Assembly: GCA_965649265.1 (NCBI GenBank)
Contig: CBFGKC010000001.1
Span: 77,119 to 141,118 of the forward strand
Length of the DNA stretch: 64,000 nucleotides
From: a candidate division WOR-3 bacterium
Lineage (GTDB): Bacteria > Hydrothermota > Tepidihabitantia > B3-TA06
Direction: 5' to 3'
The notes below the pieces were generated by a model. The model saw only the letters and a program-made list of their open reading frames with translations, did no database searches and was not told where the DNA came from. Position 1 is the first letter of the stretch; each line of letters begins with the position of its first letter. The translations under genes were made by a program, and so were the position numbers. Of the stretch, positions 63,746-64,000 are shown piece by piece.

Positions 63746-64000
63746 CAGAAGTTAATCTTCACTTCCTATTCAGGAAGATAAACTTCACCTGAGAATGATG
63801 GCTCTTCTTGTAATCGATGTCTTTCCAGCGTCACGAAATATTCGCTCCTGCGGAGCGTTGGAAGTTTAACTCCTATAATCCCAGGAGGTTAAACTTCAGT
63901 CTAAAACAACGGCTTTTCTGACTATGCTTGAATGGCCAGTCTCTAGCCTGATAAAATACACTCCTATTGCCAGCCCCGCTTTCAAGCTCACGCTTCCCTC

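Overview
Bacterial chromosomal window containing the replication origin (dnaA-oriC-dnaN, two perfect DnaA boxes, two perfect parS sites). The seven secreted proteins with a T9SS-A-like C-terminal domain suggest a diderm such as candidate division WOR-3/TA06 (inference only). Housekeeping content: tRNA-Leu(CAA), obgE, dprA, hypF, a second-copy fusA, a redox/proteostasis string (PDO-trxB-TlpA-degP-sigma), a cobalamin riboswitch with btuB, a GlmL-like fusion, a split RelE-type TA locus and a 13-kb two-component cluster. Most notable: (1) a sigma70-family factor right behind degP with a circularly permuted DegP-type PDZ domain inserted between regions 1.2 and 2 and a duplicated region 4; (2) a GGGG(A/T)CCCC-N23-GGGGTR hairpin element with a 45-bp tandem period, found intergenically and in frame inside hypF and the GlmL gene; (3) a signalling cluster where an MglA-like pseudo-GTPase and a Roadblock/MglB-like domain are each fused to receiver domains, with an NtrC-type activator and a perfect sigma54 promoter; (4) a marked bias toward 16-bp spacers in sigma70-type promoters. 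All calls are by manual motif recognition; no database search was run.
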